Source: Patescibacteria group bacterium
Lineage (GTDB): Bacteria; Patescibacteriota; Minisyncoccia; Minisyncoccales; PEYH01
Assembly (NCBI GenBank): GCA_018900835.1
Contig: JAHIFQ010000015.1
Location: 50,301-114,300 of the forward strand
Length of the DNA stretch: 64,000 nt
Direction of reading: 5' to 3'
A program made the translations under genes and the position numbers. Positions 28,660 to 37,631 of the stretch are shown piece after piece (the stretch's first letter is position 1; every line of letters begins with the position of its first letter). The notes below the pieces were generated by a model that had not been told where the DNA came from, ran no database searches, and was given only the letters and a program-made list of their open reading frames with translations.

Positions 28660-28945
28660 AAACAGTTTCTTTAATGATTCCGTCCTTGATTCTGGATTTA
28701 AGCGCATCTTTCATTACTAAATCAACTTTTAGTTTTAGTTGTATTTTTAGATAATTTTCAAGCCCGATGAAGCTGAACAAACTGATTGGTTCCGAGAACT
28801 CTACTAAGAGATCTAAATCGCTAGATTTTTTCTGTTTATTTTTTACATAAGAGCCAAAAACACCGATTTTTTTTACTTTAAACTTGTCTTTTAAAATCGG
28901 CTCTAATTCTTTAAGGTTTTTTTGAATCTGAATAAGCTTAGCCAT
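28652..28945 (-). CDS. mntA: MNT-type nucleotidyltransferase antitoxin
   Basis: GVFGSYVKNKQKKSSDLDLLVEF (GSx9-13DxD NTase motif). 97 aa. Confidence 0.7.
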   Translation of the reverse strand: MAKLIQIQKNLKELEPILKDKFKVKKIGVFGSYVKNKQKKSSDLDLLVEFSEPISLFSFIGLENYLKIQLKLKVDLVMKDALKSRIKDGIIKETVYV

Positions 28946-28963
28946 ACTACTATTATAACTTAA

Positions 28964-29965
28964 TTAAAGGCGATAATCTATGCTCATTGCTTGTTTCACG
29001 AGCGCTAGTGTTTCTACTGCTCTTTTTTGGGTCTTTTTTCTCCCTTGTTCCAAAATCTCTTTTATCAAATTTGGTTTTTTGGCAAATTGGCTTCGCTTCT
29101 TGCGAATTGGGTCTAAAAATTCGTTCAACATCTCTGCCAACTGTTTTTTGCAGGCAACGCATCCGATTTTGCCTGTTTCGCATAAGGATTTAATGTCCAA
29201 AGCTTTTTCTGGGAAAAAAGCTAAATAATATTGATAAATATTACAAATTTCTGGTCTACCCGGGTCATCTATTCGTATTTTTTTAGTATCAGTAATTGCT
29301 TTCATCACTTTTTCTTCCACAATCTTGGGACTGTCAGATAAGAATATGGCATTGTTTCTTGATTTTGACATTTTCTGGCCATCTAATCCGGGTAAAGTTG
29401 GCGTTTGTCCGATTATTGCTTCTGGGACAGGAAACACTTTGCCGAATAAACGATTGAATGTTGTAGCGATTTCCCTCGTAATTTCAATATGTGGCAATTG
29501 GTCTTTGCCCACTGGTACTGCATCAGCTCTTACGCACAAGATATCAGCTGCCTGGGATACAGGATAACCAATAAATCCCAAACTCGCTTTTTTAGTGCCT
29601 GACGCTCTTATCTCGTCTTTGACGGTCGGGTTTCTCTCCACTCGCGCCATTGTTATCAGCATTGAAAACAAAAGTGTTAATTCCGCGATTTCCGGTATTT
29701 GGGATTGGATAAATATGGTTGATTTACTCGGGTCAATGCCAACAGATAAATAATCCAGCACAATTTCTTTGATGTTTTTTTCTATATTTTCAACCTTAGA
29801 CAATTGGTCTGATAGAACCTGATAATCAGCAATGATAAAATATGAGTCGTATTTGTCTTGAAGTTCCACTCTGTTTTTAAGCGAACCGACATAATGGCCA
29901 AGATGTAATGGTCCAGTCGGCCTATCCCCTGTTAAAATCGTTTTTTTCATAAAATTACTTGACAA
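28964..29965 (-). CDS. trpS: Tryptophanyl-tRNA synthetase
   Basis: ILTGDRPTGPLHLGHYVG (HIGH) and KMSKS (KMSKSRNNAI). 333 aa. Confidence 0.85.
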   Translation of the reverse strand: MSSNFMKKTILTGDRPTGPLHLGHYVGSLKNRVELQDKYDSYFIIADYQVLSDQLSKVENIEKNIKEIVLDYLSVGIDPSKSTIFIQSQIPEIAELTLLFSMLITMARVERNPTVKDEIRASGTKKASLGFIGYPVSQAADILCVRADAVPVGKDQLPHIEITREIATTFNRLFGKVFPVPEAIIGQTPTLPGLDGQKMSKSRNNAIFLSDSPKIVEEKVMKAITDTKKIRIDDPGRPEICNIYQYYLAFFPEKALDIKSLCETGKIGCVACKKQLAEMLNEFLDPIRKKRSQFAKKPNLIKEILEQGRKKTQKRAVETLALVKQAMSIDYRL

Positions 29966-29996
29966 ATTTTTATTTATTTATTAGGCTTATAACATT

Positions 29997-30205
29997 ACGG
30001 AGGTAGCTCAGGGGTAGAGCACTCTTCTAACACCGATTAAGGTAGCGCAATTCTAATCCACCAAGACTGTTGGTGCGAGAAAAGGATAAGCGAACCTAGC
30101 TTGATGTCTGGCAGTCACCATGAAGGACTGATAGTCCCAGCTCAAGTTCGGAAGAACAAGAGAGGCCCGGGATTCGAATTCTCGCCTCCGCACCAGCACA
30201 CTACT
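29997..30205 (+). tRNA. tRNA gene interrupted by a ~134-nt insertion at anticodon-loop position 37/38 (candidate intron). Apparent anticodon AAC/Val-like but junction ambiguous. CCA encoded.
   Basis: 5' half 29997-30032: acceptor ACGGAGG, U8A9, D-arm GCTC-AGGGGTA-GAGC, stem CTCTT, loop CTAACA. 3' half 30167-30205: C-AAGAG, AGGCC, T-arm CGGGA-TTCGAAT-TCTCG, acceptor CCTCCGC, A73, CCA. A1xC72 mismatch. Confidence 0.5.
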
Positions 30206-30210
30206 AAGAA

Positions 30211-30282
30211 GTGGCGATAGCTCGCTGGCAAGAGCACTCGGACATATCCGATAGATTGAAGGTTCAAATCCTTCTCGCCACT
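30211..30282 (+). tRNA. tRNA-like gene with aberrant anticodon arm (5-bp stem TCGGA/TCCGA around a 4-nt loop CATA). Possible pseudogene or non-canonical tRNA.
   Basis: Perfect acceptor GTGGCGA/TCGCCAC, T8A9, D-arm GCTC..GAGC, T-arm GAAGG-TTCAAAT-CCTTC. No canonical 7-nt anticodon loop can be drawn. Confidence 0.4.
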
Positions 30283-30324
30283 TCAGCGCATTACAAGGGA
30301 TCTCTATGAGATCCCTTTTCTCTT

Positions 30325-31167
30325 TTATTTAAACAACTTAATTTTTTCTTCTACTTTTTTCTGAACTGCTTCAATGACTTTCGGATAAACTTCGTATGGC
30401 TTAATTGTTTTCTTTTTTAACTCCTTTTGCAAGGCCTGCTTCCAAACAATTCGCAATTCAGTATTGATATTTATTTTAACAATTCCATTTTTAATGGCTT
30501 TCTTGATATCGTTCTCATCAGTCCCTGACCCCCCGTGCAGAACTAAAAATACTTTAATCTCTTTATTGATTTTTTTCAACAAATCAATATTAAGCCTTAT
30601 TTTATTCCGATATGTTCCGTGAACATTACCAATATTTATTGCCAATGAATCAATGCCAGTGGCTTTTACGAATTTCTTCGCCTTTTCTATATCCTCATAA
30701 AATGACTCTTTTGCCTTGAAGCTTTTTTTATGGGTTTCCGAGCTTCCTTTGATTGATTTTATCTCGCCCTCAACCAATACCCCTTTTCTATGCGCATATT
30801 CAACGACTTTTCTCGTTTGTTTTATATTCTCCTCGAATTTCAAACCAGACCCGTCAAAGTGAACAGAGTCATATCCGTATTGAATCGCCGTTTTAATGAT
30901 GTTTATGCTTTTCCCGTGGTCTAAATGCAGAAAAAGATTAGGGTAAGGTTTTCTAAAATTGTCCATAAATTTTCTGATTCCTTCTATGCCCAAAAAATCC
31001 GCCTCGCTTTCGCTGGTTCCAAGTATAACAGGGACATTTTTCTTCATTGCTGCCTTGACTATTCCATTAAATTGAACAATTGAGGAAAAATTGAATTGAC
31101 CTATCGCCCATTTCTCCTTATGAGCTTTCTGTAAAAAATATTTAAGAGAATTATTTTTAGAGCTCAT
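30325..31167 (-). CDS. fba: Class II fructose-bisphosphate aldolase
   Basis: Class II aldolase motifs: HLDHG, VLHGGSGT, ININTE. Confidence 0.8.
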   Translation of the reverse strand: MSSKNNSLKYFLQKAHKEKWAIGQFNFSSIVQFNGIVKAAMKKNVPVILGTSESEADFLGIEGIRKFMDNFRKPYPNLFLHLDHGKSINIIKTAIQYGYDSVHFDGSGLKFEENIKQTRKVVEYAHRKGVLVEGEIKSIKGSSETHKKSFKAKESFYEDIEKAKKFVKATGIDSLAINIGNVHGTYRNKIRLNIDLLKKINKEIKVFLVLHGGSGTDENDIKKAIKNGIVKININTELRIVWKQALQKELKKKTIKPYEVYPKVIEAVQKKVEEKIKLFK

Positions 31168-32101
31168 ATTTTTTGATTTTAATTTTCTGATACTTCTGAC
31201 CCTTTTTCAATAATCCGTCTTTTGCTCCCCATTCTTTGACACAAGCAACAGTATTTGCGCTTCCAAATTGGATTGCTTCTATCATGTTTTTCTTTTTTAT
31301 GAGCCATGCCACAAGGCCAGAACCAAAAGCGTCTCCTGCTCCAGTCAAATCAGAAATCTTACTTTTAAAAACATCCCCTTTATAAACAAATTTTCCGTCA
31401 AAAGCCATAAGTCCATTCTCCCCTCCTGTCACGAATAATCCCTTTAAAAATGGTTTGATTTCCCGGAATATATCCTCTGTCTTGCGGTTTCCAAAAAGCA
31501 TTTTTGTTTCTTTTTCATTAGTAAGCAGGATATCAATTTTTGGCAACAGGGCTTTAAAAGATTTTTTGTACATTTCAATTTGTTCTCTGCTAGGGTTGAT
31601 AGCCACCTTTATTTTATTCTTATGCGCAAAATCAATAATTTGTTTTGTCTTTTTGGCGCATTCGCCAGCAAGAGGGGCTAAATAAAACCAGTGCGCTTTC
31701 AATTTATCAAAATTAAAGTTTTTAGGGATATAATTTGAGGCATCCCTGTAAGCAAGAATGACCTTGCCCTTTTCTTTTTTACTAAGAATAACAGAATGAT
31801 TTGTGGTTTTATTGTTTAAAGAATTTAGAAATTCTGTTGATATTTTTCGTTTTTTCAAGTCCAAAAGCACAGAAAAACCAGCATAGTCCTTGCCAACGCT
31901 CCCACAAAAAGCGACTTTCAATCCTTGTAGGGCAAAAGTCGCTGCAGTATTAGTCCCTCCTCCGCCAGTGCGAATAATCAAATTTTCTACATCCATCTTA
32001 TCGCCCAATGGAAAGCAGAATTTCCGGTCAAAAAACTCCTTTGAAAAAACGAATATGTCTTCGCTGGCAGACCCAAATGTTATTACATCATATTTTTGCA
32101 T
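31157..32101 (-). CDS. PfkB-family carbohydrate kinase (ribokinase/phosphofructokinase-B-like)
   Basis: DLTGAGDAF PfkB signature 2. GG dipeptide near N-terminus. Confidence 0.7.
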   Translation of the reverse strand: MQKYDVITFGSASEDIFVFSKEFFDRKFCFPLGDKMDVENLIIRTGGGGTNTAATFALQGLKVAFCGSVGKDYAGFSVLLDLKKRKISTEFLNSLNNKTTNHSVILSKKEKGKVILAYRDASNYIPKNFNFDKLKAHWFYLAPLAGECAKKTKQIIDFAHKNKIKVAINPSREQIEMYKKSFKALLPKIDILLTNEKETKMLFGNRKTEDIFREIKPFLKGLFVTGGENGLMAFDGKFVYKGDVFKSKISDLTGAGDAFGSGLVAWLIKKKNMIEAIQFGSANTVACVKEWGAKDGLLKKGQKYQKIKIKKYEL

Positions 32102-32144
32102 AATCCTTATATTTATTCATAATCCTTTTTGCTTTTTTCTATTT

Positions 32145-32167
32145 CCGCCGAGATCGTTTCTCGGCGG
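32145..32167. repeat. REP palindrome (family 1: GCCGAGA-TCGTT-TCTCGGC), copy flanking RAYT 3' side
   Basis: CCGCCGAGATCGTTTCTCGGCGG. Same element at 32701-32719, 32928-32946 (reverse orientation) and 58837-58855. Confidence 0.85.
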
Positions 32168-32184
32168 ATTTCAGTTAGATTCTC

Positions 32185-32904
32185 CTATTCTATTACTACC
32201 TCTTCAAAATCAACTAATTCTTTTTTAAACTTAAGCCAATTATTAACAAATTCTCGGCAACCATCTGCACCTTCCATTATTTTCTCTAAAAATTCCCTAT
32301 TTGTCAAAGAAGGGAAATTTTTCTTTCCTAAATAATCTGGATAACTTGACCATTTATATTTATTTTCTAAAAAATCAATTGCCGCATCTATGTTTTCTAT
32401 TTGCACTCCTTTGTTTTTCCATTCCAGAATTATTAATGACATTGGATTTGTGTGTATATAAACAAACACAGTTTCTAATCGCTCTTCTGTCTCGATACGA
32501 ACTATCCTGTATCTTCCTTGAAAAAGATGTCCATTCCTCTCATATTTTTTATTATAGTAACCACTATAACCTGCTCCAATCTTATGCATTAATTTGCTGA
32601 TTCCGTTATCGCAAGTTTGTTTTATTAACAAATGAATATGATTTGGCATTAGGCAAAATGCCAAAATTTCTACCAAAAGTTTCCTTTTCTTTCTATTCTC
32701 GCCGAGATCGTTTCTCGGCAGAGATAGCGGAGATAAGTTTCTTCTATAATCTCTGGATACTGGATTTTCGTCGTTAAATTCAAAAAGGTTGTTTATCATT
32801 CGAAAATAATCTTTATCGCCACGAAAAAGGTCTATCCCCTCTATTGTTCGGGTGACGATATGATATATTTCTCCATTTACTATTTCAGGTCTTTTTGATG
32901 GCAT
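32185..32904 (-). mobile_element. REP-associated tyrosine transposase (RAYT; IS200/IS605 TnpA Y1 HuH family)
   Basis: HuH motif LMPNHIHLLI and catalytic Tyr region YSGYYNKKYERNGHLFQGRY. Flanked by REP palindromes. Carries one REP in-frame (LPRNDLGE). Confidence 0.75.
32701..32719. repeat. REP family 1 copy inside RAYT coding sequence (in-frame)
   Basis: GCCGAGATCGTTTCTCGGC. Confidence 0.85.
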
Positions 32905-32919
32905 TCATCTATTATTGAT

Positions 32920-35334
32920 TCAATCTTGCCGAGAAACGATCTCGGCAGATTGTTTTTTATCTTTTAAGCTTATCAGTGTTTTGACCACAGCGTCAGGGCT
33001 TAAAGACATTGATTCAATCCCCTCTTTTGCCAAAAATTCCGCGAAATCAGGAAATGTAGACGGCGCTTCTCCGCAAATGCCCACATATTTTTTCCTTGCC
33101 AAACATTTTTTTATCACTATTTTCAATGACTCCTTCACTGCCTCGTTTCTCTCGTCAGCAATATGCGCAATTTGGGCATTGTCCCTATCTATTCCCATTG
33201 TAAGCTGGGTCAAATCATTGGACCCAATGCTCATTCCGTCAAAAATATCCAAAAACTTATCAGCTAAAATTACATTAGACGGAATTTCACACATCACATA
33301 TATTTTCAATCCGTCCTTTTCTTGCTTAAGACCGAATTTCTTCATCAACTCAATTACCCTTGCTCCTTCTTCTGGAGTTCGGCAAAAAGGAACCATCACT
33401 GAAACATTTTTTAATCCGAATATATCTCTTACTCTTTTGATTGCTTCGCATTCCATTCCAAATGCAGGCGCATATTTTTCGTCATAATACCGCGAAGCGC
33501 CTCTCCAGCCAATCATTGGATTTTCTTCTATTGGCTCGTACTCTTTACCACCTATCAATTGAGCATACTCGTTTGTTTTAAAATCAGAAAATCTAACTAT
33601 CGCTTCTTGCGGATAAAAAGCAGCTGCAATTTGAGCAATGCCTTCTGCCAACTCCTTTACAAAATATTCCTTTTTGTCCTTATGCTCTACGGTTAATTCT
33701 TCAATTTGCTTTTTTAATTTTCCATCCCTTATTTTATTGAAATTATATAGCGCCATTGGGTGACATTTTATTTTCTGTGCGATAATAAATTCTTCTCGCG
33801 CCAAACCAACTCCATTTACTGGCAAAAAAGATGTCTTGAAAGCTAATTCTGGCGCTCCGATGTTGACGCTAATTTTTATTTTCGTTTTAGGCACTTTTTT
33901 AAGATTGTATACTTTGACTTCATAAGGAATCTTGCCAGCATAAATCCTGCCATTTAATCCTTGGGTGCAGTCAATTGTTATGTATTGTCCGTTCTTTAAA
34001 ATCTTAGTAGCTTTTTCTGTTCCCACAATACAAGGTATTCCTAATTCTCTGCTTACTATCGCTGCGTGTGCGGTCTTAGAGCCCTCGTCTGTTACAATTG
34101 CTGATGCCATTTGCATAACTGGAACCCAATCAGGGTCTGTCATCTTAGTAACCAGAATTTCTCCTTTCTTAAATTCGCTCATCTTCTTTACATCAGAAAC
34201 AATCCGCACTTTTCCTTCGCCGATTTTATCTCCAATAGCAATACCCTTGAGTATTGGCTCTACTTTGGCATGAATTGAATATTCTGTGTATGTTGTTTTC
34301 GTTTCCGAGCGATGAACTGTTTCTGGCCTTGATTGGACAATAAAAAGTTTTCCTGTTTTTCCATCTTTCGCCCATTCCAAATCCTGTGGCATCCATTTTT
34401 TATTTAACCCGGAATAATAATCTTCAATCGTGCATGCCCATTTCGCCAAAGTAACAATATCATTATCAGATAAAGAAAATTTTAATTGCTCTTCCTTTTT
34501 TACAGGAATTTCTTTTAGTCCGCCATTAACACTATAAATTAGTTTCTTCGTTTTCCTGCCAAGATTTTTGACAATTATGGATTTGTATCCTTCTTTGAGA
34601 GTTGGCTTGAAAACGAAAAATTCGTCAGGAGTTATTTGTCCTTTTACAATCATTTCTCCCACTCCCCAGATAGAATTAATTAATACCACATTAGGAAATC
34701 CTGTTTCCGTGTCCAATGTGAACATTACACCTGAAGAGCCGATTCCGGAATTGACCATTTTCTGCACACCAACGGATAAGGCAATCTGCAAATGGTCAAA
34801 ACCCTTCTCCTGCCTGTAAGCAATTGCTCTGTCTGTGAAAAGCGATGAAATACATTTTTTGACTGCTCTTAAAACCTCTTGTTCTCCTTTAATATTTAAA
34901 TATGTTTCCTGCTGACCAGCAAAACTGGCTGTTGGCAAGTCCTCTGCAGTTGCAGAGCTTCGCACAGCAACAACAACATCTTTCTCTTTGTATATTTGGC
35001 AGAGTTTTCTGTAATACTTAATAATCTTCCTTTCCAATTTTTTGGGGAGTTCCGCTCCTAAAATCAATTCCCGAGATTTCTTGCCAGTTTCCTGCAAGCT
35101 CTTGATATTATTGGGTTTAAAGTTTTTGAAAACTTTTTTTAATTGGTCATAAACGCCGGTCTCTTTTAAAAAGAGAAAATAGGCATGAGAGGTGAGCGCA
35201 AACCCATTCGGAATATTTATTCCTTCAGGAACCAAATGTCTAAACATTTCTCCAAGAGAAGCATTTTTTCCTCCGACTAAAGGAACATCCTTGATTCCAA
35301 CATTTTTAAACCAAACAATATATTTTTTAAGCAT
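32920..35334 (-). CDS. ppsA: Phosphoenolpyruvate synthase (PEP-utilising enzyme)
   Basis: N-terminal VGGKNASLGEM, phospho-His region TSHAAIVSRELGIPCIVG, C-terminal PEP-utilisers TIM barrel. 804 aa. Confidence 0.8.
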   Translation of the reverse strand: MLKKYIVWFKNVGIKDVPLVGGKNASLGEMFRHLVPEGINIPNGFALTSHAYFLFLKETGVYDQLKKVFKNFKPNNIKSLQETGKKSRELILGAELPKKLERKIIKYYRKLCQIYKEKDVVVAVRSSATAEDLPTASFAGQQETYLNIKGEQEVLRAVKKCISSLFTDRAIAYRQEKGFDHLQIALSVGVQKMVNSGIGSSGVMFTLDTETGFPNVVLINSIWGVGEMIVKGQITPDEFFVFKPTLKEGYKSIIVKNLGRKTKKLIYSVNGGLKEIPVKKEEQLKFSLSDNDIVTLAKWACTIEDYYSGLNKKWMPQDLEWAKDGKTGKLFIVQSRPETVHRSETKTTYTEYSIHAKVEPILKGIAIGDKIGEGKVRIVSDVKKMSEFKKGEILVTKMTDPDWVPVMQMASAIVTDEGSKTAHAAIVSRELGIPCIVGTEKATKILKNGQYITIDCTQGLNGRIYAGKIPYEVKVYNLKKVPKTKIKISVNIGAPELAFKTSFLPVNGVGLAREEFIIAQKIKCHPMALYNFNKIRDGKLKKQIEELTVEHKDKKEYFVKELAEGIAQIAAAFYPQEAIVRFSDFKTNEYAQLIGGKEYEPIEENPMIGWRGASRYYDEKYAPAFGMECEAIKRVRDIFGLKNVSVMVPFCRTPEEGARVIELMKKFGLKQEKDGLKIYVMCEIPSNVILADKFLDIFDGMSIGSNDLTQLTMGIDRDNAQIAHIADERNEAVKESLKIVIKKCLARKKYVGICGEAPSTFPDFAEFLAKEGIESMSLSPDAVVKTLISLKDKKQSAEIVSRQD
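32928..32946. repeat. REP family 1 copy (reverse orientation) forming the last codons of ppsA (…SAEIVSRQD*)
   Basis: GCCGAGAAACGATCTCGGC. ppsA stop codon lies 6 nt beyond. Confidence 0.85.
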
Positions 35335-35343
35335 AGATAATTA

Positions 35344-36714
35344 TTAATTACTGATTAATGATTTTATCGCAATCACTGCCCTTCGCGGGTCAGGATAATT
35401 CGGGATATGATTCTTTTCCAAAATTTTCACTGCTGGCTCGGTTAATTCACCTCCTATAAAAGCAGCAACAATCGGTTTTTGGGGCCATTTCTTTTGCGCC
35501 TCTATTATAATTTTAGCATTTTTAATTGGTTCAGTCATTGTTTGCGGAGTTTGAATTACAATTAAACCATTAATATCTTTTTGAGCCATGATCGCGCTTA
35601 TAGCAATTTCGTATCTGTTAGAAAGCGCATCCCCGACTATATCCATTGGATTGCTTTTAGAATATCCGGGGTGCATTAGTTTTGAATTCTCTATTTTTTT
35701 TAATGTTGCCTGATTTGGTTTAGGCAAATTTATTCCAAATTGATAGCAATAATCAGCAGCAAGGATTCCAGCCCCTCCGCCATTAGTTATGATAGCAATT
35801 CCATTTTTGCATTTTGCATGCCATGATAATACCTTGGCAATATCTAAAAGTTCTTCTATAGAGGAGACCTCTATAAGTCCAGCTTGTTTAAAAGCAACAG
35901 AATATATTTGGCTCTCTCCTGCCAAAGCGCCAGTATGTGAAGAAACCGCTTTTTTTGAATTAGGATTTTTTCCTCCTTTCAAGATTAAAACTGGTTTCTT
36001 TATGGCTGTTTCTTTTGCTGCTTCAAAAAATTGTCTGCCGTTTTTCAGTCCCTCTAAATACAGGGCGATTACCTTTGTTTTTGAGTCGTTTTTCGCCCAA
36101 TTCAAAAAGTCCACCAAATTCAGGCCAGCTTCATTTCCATAAGATATTATGGCAGAAAAACCCCAGGACTTGCCATTTGAGGCATCAATAATAGCGTCTA
36201 TAAGAGCCCCTGATTGGGATATAAGGGCGATGTTGCCTTTGCTCGGGGTTAGCGGCGCAAAGGAGGCATTGAGCCCTGTACAAGGCCTTAAAATGCCCAA
36301 GCAATTAGGGCCCACAAACGCTGTGTTGGCGCGGGTTAAGGCCTGTTTTACCTTATCCTGTAAAACAGCACCTTTTGTGCCTGTTTCAGCAAATCCAGAA
36401 GAGATAATAATGACTGATTTTACCTTTTTTTGAATGCATTGTTCTGTTACTTTCAACACGACTTGGGCTGGCACAGCGATTACTGCCAAGTCAATCTCTC
36501 CTTTTATTTCCAAAACAGAAGGCAATGTTTTAATGCCAAAAACTTTTTTCCTGTTGGGGTTTACTAAAAAGATTTTTCTCCTCGCCCCGGCTTTGGCGGA
36601 TGTCTCTTTTCCTGATAATAGATTTTTCACCAATCCCCTGCCCACCGAGCCAATTTTGTCGGTTGCACCGATAACAGCGATTGTTTTTGGATTGAAAAGA
36701 TAATTTAATTTCAT
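35344..36714 (-). CDS. Acetyl-CoA synthetase (ADP-forming) alpha subunit (CoA-binding + ligase-CoA domains)
   Basis: TIAVIGATDKIGSVG CoA-binding Rossmann fold. Succinyl-CoA-synthetase-like domains. 456 aa. Confidence 0.7.
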   Translation of the reverse strand: MKLNYLFNPKTIAVIGATDKIGSVGRGLVKNLLSGKETSAKAGARRKIFLVNPNRKKVFGIKTLPSVLEIKGEIDLAVIAVPAQVVLKVTEQCIQKKVKSVIIISSGFAETGTKGAVLQDKVKQALTRANTAFVGPNCLGILRPCTGLNASFAPLTPSKGNIALISQSGALIDAIIDASNGKSWGFSAIISYGNEAGLNLVDFLNWAKNDSKTKVIALYLEGLKNGRQFFEAAKETAIKKPVLILKGGKNPNSKKAVSSHTGALAGESQIYSVAFKQAGLIEVSSIEELLDIAKVLSWHAKCKNGIAIITNGGGAGILAADYCYQFGINLPKPNQATLKKIENSKLMHPGYSKSNPMDIVGDALSNRYEIAISAIMAQKDINGLIVIQTPQTMTEPIKNAKIIIEAQKKWPQKPIVAAFIGGELTEPAVKILEKNHIPNYPDPRRAVIAIKSLISN

Positions 36715-37337
36715 AAGATAATTTTTGCATCAATAACCATTGCCCCTTTCTTGTTCGCTATTACAGGATTCAGGTCAATTTCCTTGATTCTTTGTTCTCT
36801 TGAAATCATCAAAGAAAGTGATAATAAAATCTCCTCTAATTTTAGGAGATTAACCAACTCTCTATTCCTATATCCCTTAAGAATTTTATTTCCTTGAATT
36901 TCGCTTATCATTTCTTTCGCCTCTTTCTTGTTAATGGGCGCGAGTCGGAACGAAATATCTTTCAATATTTCTACAAATATTCCGCCAAGACCGAAAGCCA
37001 CTACTGGCCCGAAAACAGAATCTCTTTTGGCGCCAATGATAATTTGCTCTCCAAAAATCATTTTCTGAATAATAATTTCGGTTTTTTTGGCTTTAGCGAT
37101 TTTCTCAATTTTTACCCACGAAGTTAATAAATCCTTTTCATTTTTAATATCTATAATCACTCCCCAAATATCTGTCTTATGGATTATTTTCGGAGAAAAA
37201 ATTTTTAAAACCACTGGAAATTCATTCTGTTTTGAAAACAAAATTGCCTCCTTAACGGTTTTAACAATCTTGGCCTTAACTTGCGGAATTTTGTATTTCG
37301 CAAGCAGTTTTTTTGTTTCTTCAAGTCCCAGAAGCAT
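36711..37337 (-). CDS. Acetyl-CoA synthetase (ADP-forming) beta subunit (ATP-grasp)
   Basis: ATP-grasp_5-like. 4-nt overlap with alpha subunit. Confidence 0.65.
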   Translation of the reverse strand: MLLGLEETKKLLAKYKIPQVKAKIVKTVKEAILFSKQNEFPVVLKIFSPKIIHKTDIWGVIIDIKNEKDLLTSWVKIEKIAKAKKTEIIIQKMIFGEQIIIGAKRDSVFGPVVAFGLGGIFVEILKDISFRLAPINKKEAKEMISEIQGNKILKGYRNRELVNLLKLEEILLSLSLMISREQRIKEIDLNPVIANKKGAMVIDAKIIL

Positions 37338-37445
37338 ATTTTAATTCAAGAGTATATTAATTTCTTTAATTGTATCTCATATTTCCAAAAATGAAAACAA
37401 AACCGCAAAATTAGCGGTTTTGTTTTTGTGTAATATAAATATAAT

Positions 37446-37631
37446 TTAGGAAATCTTTTCTTTTTTTCTTTTTTTGTTTTCGGATTCTATGAATTTATGT
37501 TTTTCTAAAAATTTTAAAATGGGAGCTCCGCATTTTTCACAAAGTTCAACTATACGAAAAAACCCGACTCCAGCGGTCACCGGTGTTCCTTTAATTTGCT
37601 TTTTACATATGTCACATTTGATTATTCTCAT
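37446..37631 (-). CDS. Small zinc-ribbon protein (CxxC…CxxC), coupled to gapA
   Basis: CDICKK…CEKCG. 4-nt overlap with gapA stop. Confidence 0.4.
   Translation of the reverse strand: MRIIKCDICKKQIKGTPVTAGVGFFRIVELCEKCGAPILKFLEKHKFIESENKKRKKEKIS

Noticed and set aside
30033-30166. Group I intron or canonical BHB intron assignment for the tRNA insertion
   Set aside because: 134 nt is below the usual group I size, and I could not draw a 3-4-3 bulge-helix-bulge. Reported only as an insertion/candidate intron.
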